DNA from: Candidatus Eiseniibacteriota bacterium | Lineage (GTDB): Bacteria; ARS69 | Length of the DNA: 33,837 nt | Assembly (NCBI GenBank): GCA_052390515.1 | Contig: JBQTGV010000136.1 | Location: forward strand, 1-33,837 | Reading direction: 5' to 3' | In this document: one piece after another, positions 8,672 to 18,735 of the stretch | Layout: each line of letters begins with the position of its first letter | Numbering within the stretch: the stretch's first letter is position 1 | The notes under the pieces: generated by a model | The model's input: the letters and a program-made list of their open reading frames with translations, nothing else | Databases searched by the model: none | What the model was told of the DNA's origin: nothing | Translations under genes and position numbers: made by a program

Positions 8672-10002
8672 TCGCGGGGCCGCGGGAGCTCGCTCACCAC
8701 GTCGGCGCGGTAAAAACGCTCGTAGAAGCCGGGATCCAGGTGGTGGGCCTGGTGCGCCAGGACGGTGCGGAACGGGCCGCTGCCGGGCGGGATGCGTCCG
8801 TAGCGGCGGAAGACGTACTCGCAGCACGCGATCGTCGCGGCGATGGCGCCGTCGGAGTGCTGCGGGATGGCCGTCTGGACCTTCGCACCGTCTCGCCAGC
8901 CGCTCGCTGCGCCGCCGTCGCGCATCGTCCCCGCGCCCGGCGCGAACTTCGAGTCGACGAACGCCAGGACGGCCTCCTCCATGCTGCGAAAGTACGGCGG
9001 GCACCAGGGGCGAAGGAGCACGCTGCCGTTCCGCTCCAGGCCGATCGCCGTGGGCACGAGCGCGTCCTTCCCGGCGAACTTCATCAGGGCGCGCACCGCC
9101 GGCGCGCTGCCGATGATCCGGGAGAGGCGCTGCTCCTCCATGCGGAAGCCGAGCGCTCTCGTCCAGCCGAACGGATGCGCGGCGAAGTGCGGGAAGCCGC
9201 CGAGTCCGAGCGCCTGCGTCATGAGTCCGAGGTTCTGGATCATCGCGCCGTGCTCGACCGCCGCCAGCTCGTACAGCCAGCCTTCCAGGAAGCTCAGCGT
9301 GACGACGCGCCCGCGCGCCGGATCGTCGTGCAGCCAGCCGCCCTTGGACCGCGCGAACCGACCCACGCCCGCCGGCCGGAACCCCGCGCGGTCGTCCAGC
9401 AGGAAGTAGCCGAACTCCTCGTTGAACGCGGAGAGCAGAATATTGATGGTGAGCGCGGTGAGCTCGTTCACGGGCAGGAAGTACGTCGTGCCGGGGACGT
9501 TCGCCGACCACTTGTTGAAGGGCGGAACGTAGGGCAGCTCGCGCGGGACGTCCGGGCGAACGTCGGCGATGCGCACCCGGCTCTTCTCGTAGAGCGAGGT
9601 CAGCTCGCCGGCCCGCGCCGCGGCGATGAGCGCGGGCAGCTCGGCCCTGGGGAAGTCCTGCGGCCGGCGGATCATCCAGGCGCCGCCGTCGTTCAGTACG
9701 AAGAGCACGACGTCGTGCAGCGCGTCGGGGCTCGGCACTGTCCGTCCGACGAGCTGCGCCATGATGTTGCCGCTGCCGCTTTCGTCCTCCGTGCCACGCT
9801 CGTAGGGCAGCTCCGCCAGTGCCCAGCCGGTGATCCCGCACGCGGCGAAGACGAGAGCCGCCTCCTCGTCGGGAGTCAGCGGTTCGGCGCGAAGCGTGCT
9901 TTCGAACGAGAGCGGCCCGCCGTCGAGCCGCAGTCCACGCGCGAAGCGGCGCGAACGCCGCTCCAGGAGCGCGCGGAAGAGCGGGTACTCGAAGACGTTC
10001 AC
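8668..10002 (-). CDS. Nitroreductase-fold (SagB-like) flavoprotein of unknown function, 444 aa
   Basis: GTG at 10002 overlaps the upstream stop (GTGA). Motifs LLERRSRRF (FMN-binding Arg motif), RTVPSP and EHGAMIQNLGLMTQALGLGG. Confidence 0.65.
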   Translation of the reverse strand: MNVFEYPLFRALLERRSRRFARGLRLDGGPLSFESTLRAEPLTPDEEAALVFAACGITGWALAELPYERGTEDESGSGNIMAQLVGRTVPSPDALHDVVLFVLNDGGAWMIRRPQDFPRAELPALIAAARAGELTSLYEKSRVRIADVRPDVPRELPYVPPFNKWSANVPGTTYFLPVNELTALTINILLSAFNEEFGYFLLDDRAGFRPAGVGRFARSKGGWLHDDPARGRVVTLSFLEGWLYELAAVEHGAMIQNLGLMTQALGLGGFPHFAAHPFGWTRALGFRMEEQRLSRIIGSAPAVRALMKFAGKDALVPTAIGLERNGSVLLRPWCPPYFRSMEEAVLAFVDSKFAPGAGTMRDGGAASGWRDGAKVQTAIPQHSDGAIAATIACCEYVFRRYGRIPPGSGPFRTVLAHQAHHLDPGFYERFYRADVVSELPRPRD

Positions 10003-10328
10003 GGGTCGGACCGGCGCGCGCCGCACTTCCAGCACTCGTCGAACTGCGGCTCGAGCTCCTCGCCGCAGGCCGCGCACTTCCAGGTTCCCGCCGGCGCCGC
10101 GGGCGGTTCGGACGCGGCGGCGTACTCCTCGATGATCTTCAGTGCCTCGATCTCGTCCGCGTCGTCCAGCACCCACACCGTGGGCGGCGTGTCCACCGTC
10201 ATCGGTACGGCGGCGAAGGCCCCCCACAGCGCTTCGCCATGGACCTCCGCCTCGATGCCGCGGGCGTCCAGCAGGCTGCGCACCACCTGCGCCTCGGTCG
10301 GGTCCGTAGCGACGAAGACCTGTCTCAC
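9999..10328 (-). CDS. DUF2007 (putative signal transducing) protein with a C-terminal zinc ribbon
   Basis: EAQVVRSLLDARGIEAEV at the N-terminus and WKCAACGEELEPQFDECWKCG at the C-terminus. Confidence 0.8.
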   Translation of the reverse strand: MRQVFVATDPTEAQVVRSLLDARGIEAEVHGEALWGAFAAVPMTVDTPPTVWVLDDADEIEALKIIEEYAAASEPPAAPAGTWKCAACGEELEPQFDECWKCGARRSDP

Positions 10329-10472
10329 TGCCGTGGCTCCGCCCGGAAGGGAACGCTGCCGGCCGCCGCGTCAGGGTAGCGGGGTCCCAGGGGGCCGCGC
10401 GAGGGGAATTGCGGTAATCTCCCCGTCCCGCCCCGAACCGAGCGTCCCGGGCGGGGTAGAAGGAGCATCGCC

Positions 10473-11571
<1,099 letters not shown>

Positions 11572-11582
<11 letters not shown>

Positions 11583-14500
11583 CGGGGCGCGCCGGCGCTT
11601 CGAGCGGGCCGCCCTGCTCTGCTGCTTCGCGCTCATCGGCGCGGACGCCGTCGAAGAGCCCTGGGACATCTCCTCCAGCTCGACCAGCGCCACGCGCGGC
11701 GAGGACGGCGCGCGCATCATCAGTTTCGCCGGCGACGTCCTCATCACCCACGGTGCCATGACGGCGACGTCGGAGAACGCGCGTTATCTCGAGGGACCAC
11801 GCCGGGTCCTACTGGAAGGGCGCGTGGTGATGGAGCAGGACTCGACCGTCGTGCGCGCACCGTTCGCGTACTACGACCGCGGTTCGGGAGTCGCCACGTT
11901 TCCATACGGTGTGCTGATCGAGCGGCCGACGGGCACGGCGGTGGCCGACGTCGGCGTCTGGCACCGCAACGAGAAGCGCTTCGAGCTGCGCGGCGACGCC
12001 TCCGCCGCGGACACCAGCGGCACGCTCGACGCCGAGCAGATGACCTACGACACCGCGGGCGAAGTGCTCTGGGCCGTGGGTGACGCGCGGCTCGTCGACG
12101 ACGTGAGCGGCGTCATCGTCAACGGGCAGAATCTGCGCTACTCCCGCGCGGAGTCGGAGGCGGTCGCGACCGGAGCGCCGACCGCCGTCTTCGCCGATGA
12201 ACAGGACGTCGACGTGCACGTGGCCGCGGAGCGGCTGACCTACGATCCGAGCGTGCGGCGCGCGGTGGCGGAAGGCTCGGTGCGCATCCGCCGCGAGGGC
12301 ATGGAGGCGACGTGCGGGAAGGCCACGTTCCTCCGCGACGAGGACCGCGCGGTGCTGGAGGAGGGGCCCAGCATGGTGGACGGATCGAGCGTCGTGGTCG
12401 GGGAGCGGATCGAGATGTGGACCACCGCGCCGGGGCGGCGCGTCGTGCAGGTGGACGGCGCTGCGTCCGTCTCGAACCAATTCCAGACCGACCGCCCTGG
12501 TCCGGACGCGGCCGAGCCGGAGGGTGCGGAGCCCGAGGCGGCGGACGGGGAAGGCGAGCAGCCGGAAGCCGTCGGACCGGACGCGGCCGGGGCCGAAGAG
12601 GCGAAGACGGACGCCGTGCTCGAGGAGGCGCGGGCCCGCTCGGAGCAGGCGGCGGGCCAAGTGCGAGAGCGCGTGAAGCTGCCGGACTCGACGGGCGTCG
12701 TCCCGGACGTTCCGGAGGTGGCGCCGGCGGAGCAGATCGTGGAGGGGGCTCTGGCGGCGGCGGCCGACGCGGTGGCGGCAGCTTCCGACGCAGTCCGGGC
12801 GGCGGCCGACTCGGTCGCGGCCGCTCAGGTCGCCGAGACCGCCGAAGGCGCCGACACGGCAGCCGCCGACACCACGGACGCCGAGCCGGTGCCGCCGTGG
12901 CTGAAGACGCCGTCGGACGAGCTTCCCGTCCAGAACCTGCTCTTCGGCGATCGCATCACCATGTACTTCGTGGACAACGCCGTCGAGCACGTCGTGGTCA
13001 TCGGCCATGGACGCAGCAAGTTCTTCCCCAGCGAAGCGCAGGGCGAGCTCACCGAGTGGAACGACGTCACCGGAGACACGCTCTACGTCTGGTTCGAGGA
13101 GTCCGACGTGGACAGCGTCCACGTGGCCGGCAGCGGCGAAGGACAGTACCGCTTCCCCGCGGGCGAGTTCGCGGGGCAGTCCGAGGACGAGCTGCGCGCC
13201 GCCGGCAAGCTCGTCGACTACGACGCGCCGTTCATCCGCTACATTCGCGGCCAGGAGACGATGCACCTCGACCGTGGGGCGGAGGTCCACTACAAGACGA
13301 TGACGCTCACTTCCGGCCGGATCGACTTCGAGGCGAGAAAGGAGATCATGACCGCCTCGGGGGATCCTCCGCCCGTGCTCATCGACCGCGAGGACGAGAT
13401 CCGCGGAGAGCGCATGAACTACCACCTGCCCAGCGGCAAGGGCGAGATCCTCACCGGGCGGACGGAGTTCGAGGCCGGATACTACCGCGGGCGAGACGTG
13501 TGGAAGATGGGCGAGGACGTGCTGGCGGTCGACCACGCGGAGTACACGAGCTGCGACCTGGAGGAACCTCACTACTACTTCGCCTGCCGCAACATGAAGA
13601 TCTACCTGGGCAATCGCATGGTCGCTCGCCCGGTGGTCCTCAAGGTGCGCCACATCCCGATCTTCGCCCTGCCGTTCTACATGACCTCGCTGCGCAAGGA
13701 GCGGCACTCCGGATTCCTGCTGCCGCGCGTGGAGTTCGGCGTGGACGACGAGCGCGGCCGCTTCATCCGCAACTTCGGGTACTACTGGGTACCGAACGAC
13801 TACACCGACGCGACGCTCACGTTCGACTTCTTCCCGGCGCGCGACCAGTTCGTGACCTACCTGGACACGCGTTATCACCTTCGCTATCGCTTCGAGGGCA
13901 ACGTCGGTCTCAAGTACAATCGCGACGTCTCCGCGGGCCGCAGGGAGACCGCGGTGGAGGTCCGGCACCAGCATCAGTTCTCGGAGGCGTCACGGCTGAC
14001 GGCCAACGCCAGCTTCATCTCGGCCAACTCGATCTACCAGAACATCGACGACTCCCGCCGCCTCGATCGGGACCTGTCCTCCCACGCGACCTTCACGAAG
14101 CGCTTCGGCGAGTCCCGCAACTTGCAGGTCGAGGCGCGGCGCAACGAGAACCTGGACGACGGTTCCTTCACGCAGACGCTGCCGTCGATCACGTTCACCC
14201 AGCCGAGCGTGCCCATCACCGGACGGAACACCCGCACCGGAGCGGGAGAGGAAGCGCAGGCCAGGTGGCTCGACGAGATCTACTACAAGGTGGACGGGCG
14301 CGCCGTGAACCAGAGCCAGCGCACCACGGCCGGCGTCGAGGTGGAGCGGATGGGCTCCACCGTGGACGGTCGGCTCACCACGACACAGGATCTGCTCCGC
14401 TACCTGCGGATCAGCCCGGCGCTCAACGGCGAGACGACGTGGATCGACGAGGACGCGAGGGGTGATCACAATGCGTTCCGCTCCACCTACGACGCGTCGC

Positions 14501-15435
14501 TGACCGCGCGCACCGACCTCTACGGGACGTTCCTGCACCCCGTCGGTCCGGTGCAAGGCTTCCGTCACGTAGTGCGTCCCAGCGTTTCCTGGTCCTGGAT
14601 TCCGGACTTCCGCGAGTACTTCTTCGTGGACTCGACGGGAGCGCGGAAGGACCGCTTCACTCCGTTCGGGAGCATCCGCGGCACGCCGATCAAGGCGAAC
14701 CGACTGAACCTCTCCGTGGGGAACCTGATCCAGACGAAGGTGGACTGGGCGGAGCAGGAACGTCGCTACGACCTCTTCAACCTGAACACCTCGATCGGCT
14801 ACGACCTGCTGGCCGAGGACAGGCACACGAAGCCGTGGTCTTCGCTGAACAACTCGCTGACCGTCCTGTCCGCGGCGCCGGTGAACCAGACGTGGTCGGT
14901 GTCGCACGATCCGTACTCCTGGGATCTGCTCGGCAGCTCGGTCACCACGAGAGCGATGATCTCGTCGCGGCGGGATGCGGCGGAGGGAACGCTGGATGAC
15001 CCGGCCCTCACCGAGGATCCGGGCGAGCTGGGCGGCGAGTTCGAGGATCCCGTCGGCGGAGGCCGCGGCCCCGGTCTGACCGGCCGGTACACCGGCGGGG
15101 ACTGGCACGCCACGGTGAGCCACACCGCGCACCGAGGCGGGTCGTCGGGATCCACGACGTCCAACCTGGTGTTGAACGCGAGCTGGTCGCCGACCGCGCA
15201 TTGGCAGGTGTCCTTCGACTACCAGTACGACGTGAAGGAGGGTCTCAACACGGCGCAGTCGTTCTCGGTGCATCGCATGGTGCACTGCTGGGATCTGTCG
15301 TTCGACAGACGCCTGCTCGGCGGCGAGTGGCAGTACTATCTGCGGGTGAACGTCACCGACCTTCCCGACATCCAGCTCGAGCGCGGAGACCGCACCTCGG
15401 GGCGCGGCTTCGGCACGTCGACGCTGCCGTTCTGA
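11572..15435 (+). CDS. lptD: LPS assembly protein LptD fused to a long N-terminal OstA/LptA-like beta-jellyroll region, ~1287 aa
   Basis: Probable TTG start at 11572 before a signal-like segment (start uncertain). Repeated G.V.I / A....YD jellyroll strands. LptD motifs [34 protein letters not shown] and C-terminal HCWDLSF. Confidence 0.8.
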
Positions 15436-15437
15436 CG

Positions 15438-16280
15438 ATGACGAACGCACCGGGCTGGCCGCCCCATCCGCCGCCGGATCCACCACCGCTCCAGCGTCCG
15501 CCTCCTCCCACGCCACCGCGCCGTCGTCGCTTGGCGAAGTGGGGTCCCATCGGACTCGCGCTGGCGTTCCTGATCGGCAAGGCCAAGGTCATCATCCCGG
15601 TGCTCAAGTTCGCGAAGTTCGGCACGCTCATCAGCATGTTCGTGGCGGTATGGGCGTACGCCCTCTTCTGGGGCTTCCCCTTCGCGCTGGGATTCGTGCT
15701 GCTCATCCTCGTGCACGAGCTGGGCCACGCACTCGTGCTGCGACAGCAGGGCATCCCGGCCGGCGCCCCGGTCTTCATCCCGTTCCTCGGCGCGGTCATC
15801 GCCATGAAGGGGATGCCACGGAACGCGTGGGTCGAGGCGCTCGTCGGCATCGGCGGCCCGGTGCTCGGCAGCCTCGGCGCGCTCGTCTGCCTGATCATCG
15901 GGTGGATGACCGATTCACTCATCTGGTACGCGCTGGCATCCACCGGCTTCCTGCTCAACCTCTTCAACCTGCTGCCCATCAGCCCCCTCGACGGTGGCCG
16001 CATCGTCGGCGTGATCAGCCGCTGGATCTGGGTCGCCGGCTATGCACTCGCCATCGTCGCGTTCCTGGTGACCTTCCACCCGATGCTGCTGCTCATCCTG
16101 ATCTTCGGGCTGCTCGGCCTCGGCCGCGCCATCCGCGGTACCGGCCCCGGCTACTACGACGTGCCCGTGGAGCGGCGGATCGTCATGGGCTTTGCCTACT
16201 TCGGACTCGCCGCCGCGCTCGCGGTGCTGATGCAGATCGCGGACCGGCAGCTCGAGGGGTTCCCGGGCCGGTACGGCTGA
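15438..16280 (+). CDS. Site-2 protease, peptidase M50 family
   Basis: ATG 2 nt after the lptD stop. HELGH, GGP and NLFNLLPISPLDGG motifs within TM segments. Confidence 0.92.
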   Translation: MTNAPGWPPHPPPDPPPLQRPPPPTPPRRRRLAKWGPIGLALAFLIGKAKVIIPVLKFAKFGTLISMFVAVWAYALFWGFPFALGFVLLILVHELGHALVLRQQGIPAGAPVFIPFLGAVIAMKGMPRNAWVEALVGIGGPVLGSLGALVCLIIGWMTDSLIWYALASTGFLLNLFNLLPISPLDGGRIVGVISRWIWVAGYALAIVAFLVTFHPMLLLILIFGLLGLGRAIRGTGPGYYDVPVERRIVMGFAYFGLAAALAVLMQIADRQLEGFPGRYG

Positions 16281-16322
16281 GTGGACCGGCAGCTCGAAGG
16301 GTCTCCGGGCCGGTACGGCTGA
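16239..16322 (+). repeat. Imperfect tandem duplication (2 x 42 bp) of the M50 gene 3' end including its stop codon
   Basis: GGACCGGCAGCTCGAGGGGTTCCCGGGCCGGTACGGCTGA (16241-16280) versus GGACCGGCAGCTCGAAGGGTCTCCGGGCCGGTACGGCTGA (16283-16322), 37/40 identical. Confidence 0.95.
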
Positions 16323-16423
16323 CCGGTTCAAGGCAGCTCCAAGACCCGCCGAAACTCCCCCTGTGGACATCCGCTCGCCGGCCTGCCAGGCGGTTGCGGC
16401 CGGTCCTCCCCGCGGGAGCCGCC

Positions 16424-17494
16424 TTGTCTCTGCAGATCGAGAGCCTGCTCGAGGGCATGGTCAAGTTCAACGCCTCCGACCTGCACGTGAAGGTCGGCAG
16501 TCCGCCGGGCTACCGCATCGACGGGGCGATCCAGCCGGTCAAGAACCTCGAGCGCCTCACGCCGCTCGACACGATGACCCTGGCGAAACAGCTCCTGACC
16601 GCCGAGCAGTTCCGCGAGCTCGAGGAGCGCGGCGACCTCGACTGGGCGCACAGCGTCCCGGGGCTCGCGCGCTTCCGCGTCAACGCGATGAAGCAGCGCG
16701 GCTCCATCTCCATGTTCTTCCGCCGCATCCCGGTGGACGCGCCGGACATCGATCGGCTCGGGCTACCGCCGATCTGCAAGGACCTCGTGCTGCGGCCCCG
16801 CGGGCTGGTGTTCGTCACCGGGCCGGCCGGCTGCGGGAAGTCCACCACCGTCGCGGCGATGATCGCCTTCCGCAACCGCTCGGAGCGCGGCCACATCCTG
16901 ACCATCGAGGACCCGGTGGAGTTCATCCACCAGGATCAGCTCAGCTTCGTGAACCAGCGCGAGGTCGGCGGTGACACGCCGACGTTCGCCACCGCGCTGC
17001 GCCATGCCTTCCGCCAGGACCCGGACGTGATCGTCGTCGGCGAGATGCGCGACGCGGAGACGCTGGCGCTCGCGCTGACGGCCGCGGAGACCGACCATCT
17101 CGTGCTCGCCACGCTGCCCACGCCGGGCGTGGTGCACACCGTGGAGCGCCTCGTGGATTTCTTCCCCCGCGAGCACCAGCCGGAGAAGCGCATGCAGCTC
17201 GCCGACACGATCGCCGGCATCATCTCCCAGGTGCTGCTGCCGCGGAGCGGAGGCGGGTTGATTCCCGCGCACGAGATCCTGATCGGCACGGAGGACGTCC
17301 GCTCGTGCATCCGTCAGGGAACGACGGCGCAGCTGCGAAGCATCATCCAGGCGTCGGCCTCCAAGGGAATGATGCTGATGGAGACGAGCCTCGCGCGGCT
17401 GGCGCGCGAAGGGTTCGTGGACGTCGAGTCCGCGTGGTCCAAGGCGAACGGCGCATCCGCGGACATCGCCGGTTCACGGGTTCGCCCCTCCTGA
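16424..17494 (+). CDS. pilT: PilT/PilU-family type IV pilus retraction ATPase with an atypical His box
   Basis: TTG at 16424 after GGGAG. Motifs ASDLH, RIDG, RFRVN, GPAGCGKSTT, TIEDPVEF, QREVG.DT and RQDPDVIVVGEMRD. Confidence 0.88.
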   Translation: MSLQIESLLEGMVKFNASDLHVKVGSPPGYRIDGAIQPVKNLERLTPLDTMTLAKQLLTAEQFRELEERGDLDWAHSVPGLARFRVNAMKQRGSISMFFRRIPVDAPDIDRLGLPPICKDLVLRPRGLVFVTGPAGCGKSTTVAAMIAFRNRSERGHILTIEDPVEFIHQDQLSFVNQREVGGDTPTFATALRHAFRQDPDVIVVGEMRDAETLALALTAAETDHLVLATLPTPGVVHTVERLVDFFPREHQPEKRMQLADTIAGIISQVLLPRSGGGLIPAHEILIGTEDVRSCIRQGTTAQLRSIIQASASKGMMLMETSLARLAREGFVDVESAWSKANGASADIAGSRVRPS

Positions 17495-17497
17495 CCG

Positions 17498-18031
17498 TCA
17501 GCGGTAGAGGCCCTTGACGCGACCCCACGTGGCGGCGGCCACGGCCGTCGGCGCGTGCACCGATTCGCACGCGGTGTATCCGGCGAGGTCATCCAGGTAG
17601 CTTCCCGTGGCGAAGGAGTCGACACCGGCGGCGTCGACGCGGAAGCGCAGCACCGCGAGCCGTCCGATGGCACCCGACGGGATGGGCGAAGCGCTGAAGC
17701 CGCCCACCCGCACGACGTGCAGCGCGGGAAGGTGCGCGGCGCTGAGGGTCCAGCCGGCGGTCAGGTTGCCCGTGGCGACGCCGTCGAACGACAGCACGCT
17801 CTCCGGGAAGGACACGTCCAGGGCGAAGGCGTCGACCGGACCGGTGGTGTGCACCGTCACCGCGACGCCGACGGTGTCGCCGACGTCGCCGAGGAGCTCG
17901 CGGATGCCCACCTCTCCGGCGAGGCGCTCGTTGCAGCCGAGCACCGAGGCGTCAGCGCCGAGCGCAGGGGCGGTCAGCGCGAGGAGCGCGGCGAGGCCGG
18001 CGGCGGCGCGCGTCCCGACTCCCATCGTCAT
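17498..18031 (-). CDS. Secreted cohesin-like domain protein with a C-terminal TWGRVKGLYR motif
   Basis: GGAGG SD and a signal peptide ending ALG-A. Cohesin-like pattern GDTV.V.V.V.....V.AF..DVSF...VLSF.....G.L...G.LA.LRFRV. Confidence 0.7.
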   Translation of the reverse strand: MTMGVGTRAAAGLAALLALTAPALGADASVLGCNERLAGEVGIRELLGDVGDTVGVAVTVHTTGPVDAFALDVSFPESVLSFDGVATGNLTAGWTLSAAHLPALHVVRVGGFSASPIPSGAIGRLAVLRFRVDAAGVDSFATGSYLDDLAGYTACESVHAPTAVAAATWGRVKGLYR

Positions 18032-18073
18032 CCCCACCTCCCGCCGCCGAACATCTCCTCACCTCCGCGCACT

Positions 18074-18097
18074 CCCCGCGCGCACGTTCGCGCGGGG
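18074..18097. other. Perfect 9-bp GC hairpin between the thioredoxin-like and cohesin-like genes
   Basis: CCCCGCGCG-cacgtt-CGCGCGGGG. No U tract, so it may be a stability or processing element rather than an intrinsic terminator. Confidence 0.5.
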
Positions 18098-18109
18098 CCG
18101 GCGGAGCGG

Positions 18110-18577
18110 TCAAGGGACATTCGGGCCGGGCGGCTCGAAGCTCCCGGCCAGCGCCTCCTCCAGCCAGGCACGCACCAGCGGCGGCGGCCGGCGGCCGCGC
18201 AGCACGGCCCGAGGACGGCCGCGCGCGTCCAGGAAGACGTACGCCGGAACGAGGCCGTGCCCGAGCGCCTCGAACACCGGGGCGAAGCGCGGGTCCGCGC
18301 GGGAGAGAACGAACGTGTGCACGCCGAACTCGCCCGGTCTCACGTCCAGGCGAAGGTCCTCCTCGGCGGCGCGGCAGGCGGCGCAGTCGGGGTCGATCAG
18401 CAGCACGAGGGCCGGCTCGCCGGAGCGGTCCGGTGTCCCGCGCGGCGCCGCAACCAGCGCCGCCTCGAGCGCGTCGAGACCGCCGGCCGGCGCGCGCGCC
18501 GACCGGACCGCGGCCGCGGCCGCGCCGAGCGCAGCGAGAAGCAGGAGCGCGGCGATGCCTCGCCGAGCGTTTCGCAT
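18110..18577 (-). CDS. Exported thioredoxin-fold protein (CAAC)
   Basis: Signal peptide MRNARRGIAALLLLAALG, active-site-like PALVLLIDPDCAAC and cis-Pro loop VPAYVFLDARG. Confidence 0.7.
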   Translation of the reverse strand: MRNARRGIAALLLLAALGAAAAAVRSARAPAGGLDALEAALVAAPRGTPDRSGEPALVLLIDPDCAACRAAEEDLRLDVRPGEFGVHTFVLSRADPRFAPVFEALGHGLVPAYVFLDARGRPRAVLRGRRPPPLVRAWLEEALAGSFEPPGPNVP

Positions 18578-18589
18578 GGGGCGGCTCCG

Positions 18590-18605
18590 TGCAACCCGTG
18601 TGCCC
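18590..18605 (-). promoter_or_regulatory. Candidate sigma54 -24/-12 promoter GGGCACACGGGTTGCA
   Basis: GG-N10-GC spacing with both GGCAC and TTGCA cores, immediately upstream of the thioredoxin-like gene. Confidence 0.5.
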
Positions 18606-18735
18606 CACGGAGGCGCCGCCTGGGCGGAGCAGTGCACGAATCTCGCGGCCCGCGGGTCGTCCGGTTTCCGCCGCCGCCAACGCCCCTTGACGCGGTCCGC
18701 GGCGACCGGCATACGTCGCACGGCACGGAGGCGGC

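Noticed and set aside
5897-8713. 938-aa plus-strand ORF, and similar long antisense ORFs (192-1691, 8644-10641, 11809-13974, 24721-26850)
   Set aside because: They are antisense shadows of well-supported genes, expected at this GC content, and have no recognisable motifs.
7511-9841. Extended starts given by the ORF track (also 11362, 15201, 15539, 19922, 21897, 32527, 33836)
   Set aside because: The extensions overlap real upstream genes in other frames. Downstream starts with SD, stop-start coupling or signal peptides fit better.
8668-10002. Azole-RiPP biosynthetic cluster
   Set aside because: No YcaO, E1-like protein or Cys/Ser/Thr-rich precursor nearby.
16239-16322. CRISPR array
   Set aside because: Only two adjacent copies, no spacers, no cas genes, and the repeat is coding sequence.
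18687-18716. Sigma70 promoter for pfkA (TTGACG-N17-CATACG)
   Set aside because: The -35 is good but the -10 lacks both conserved T residues, so it is too weak to call.
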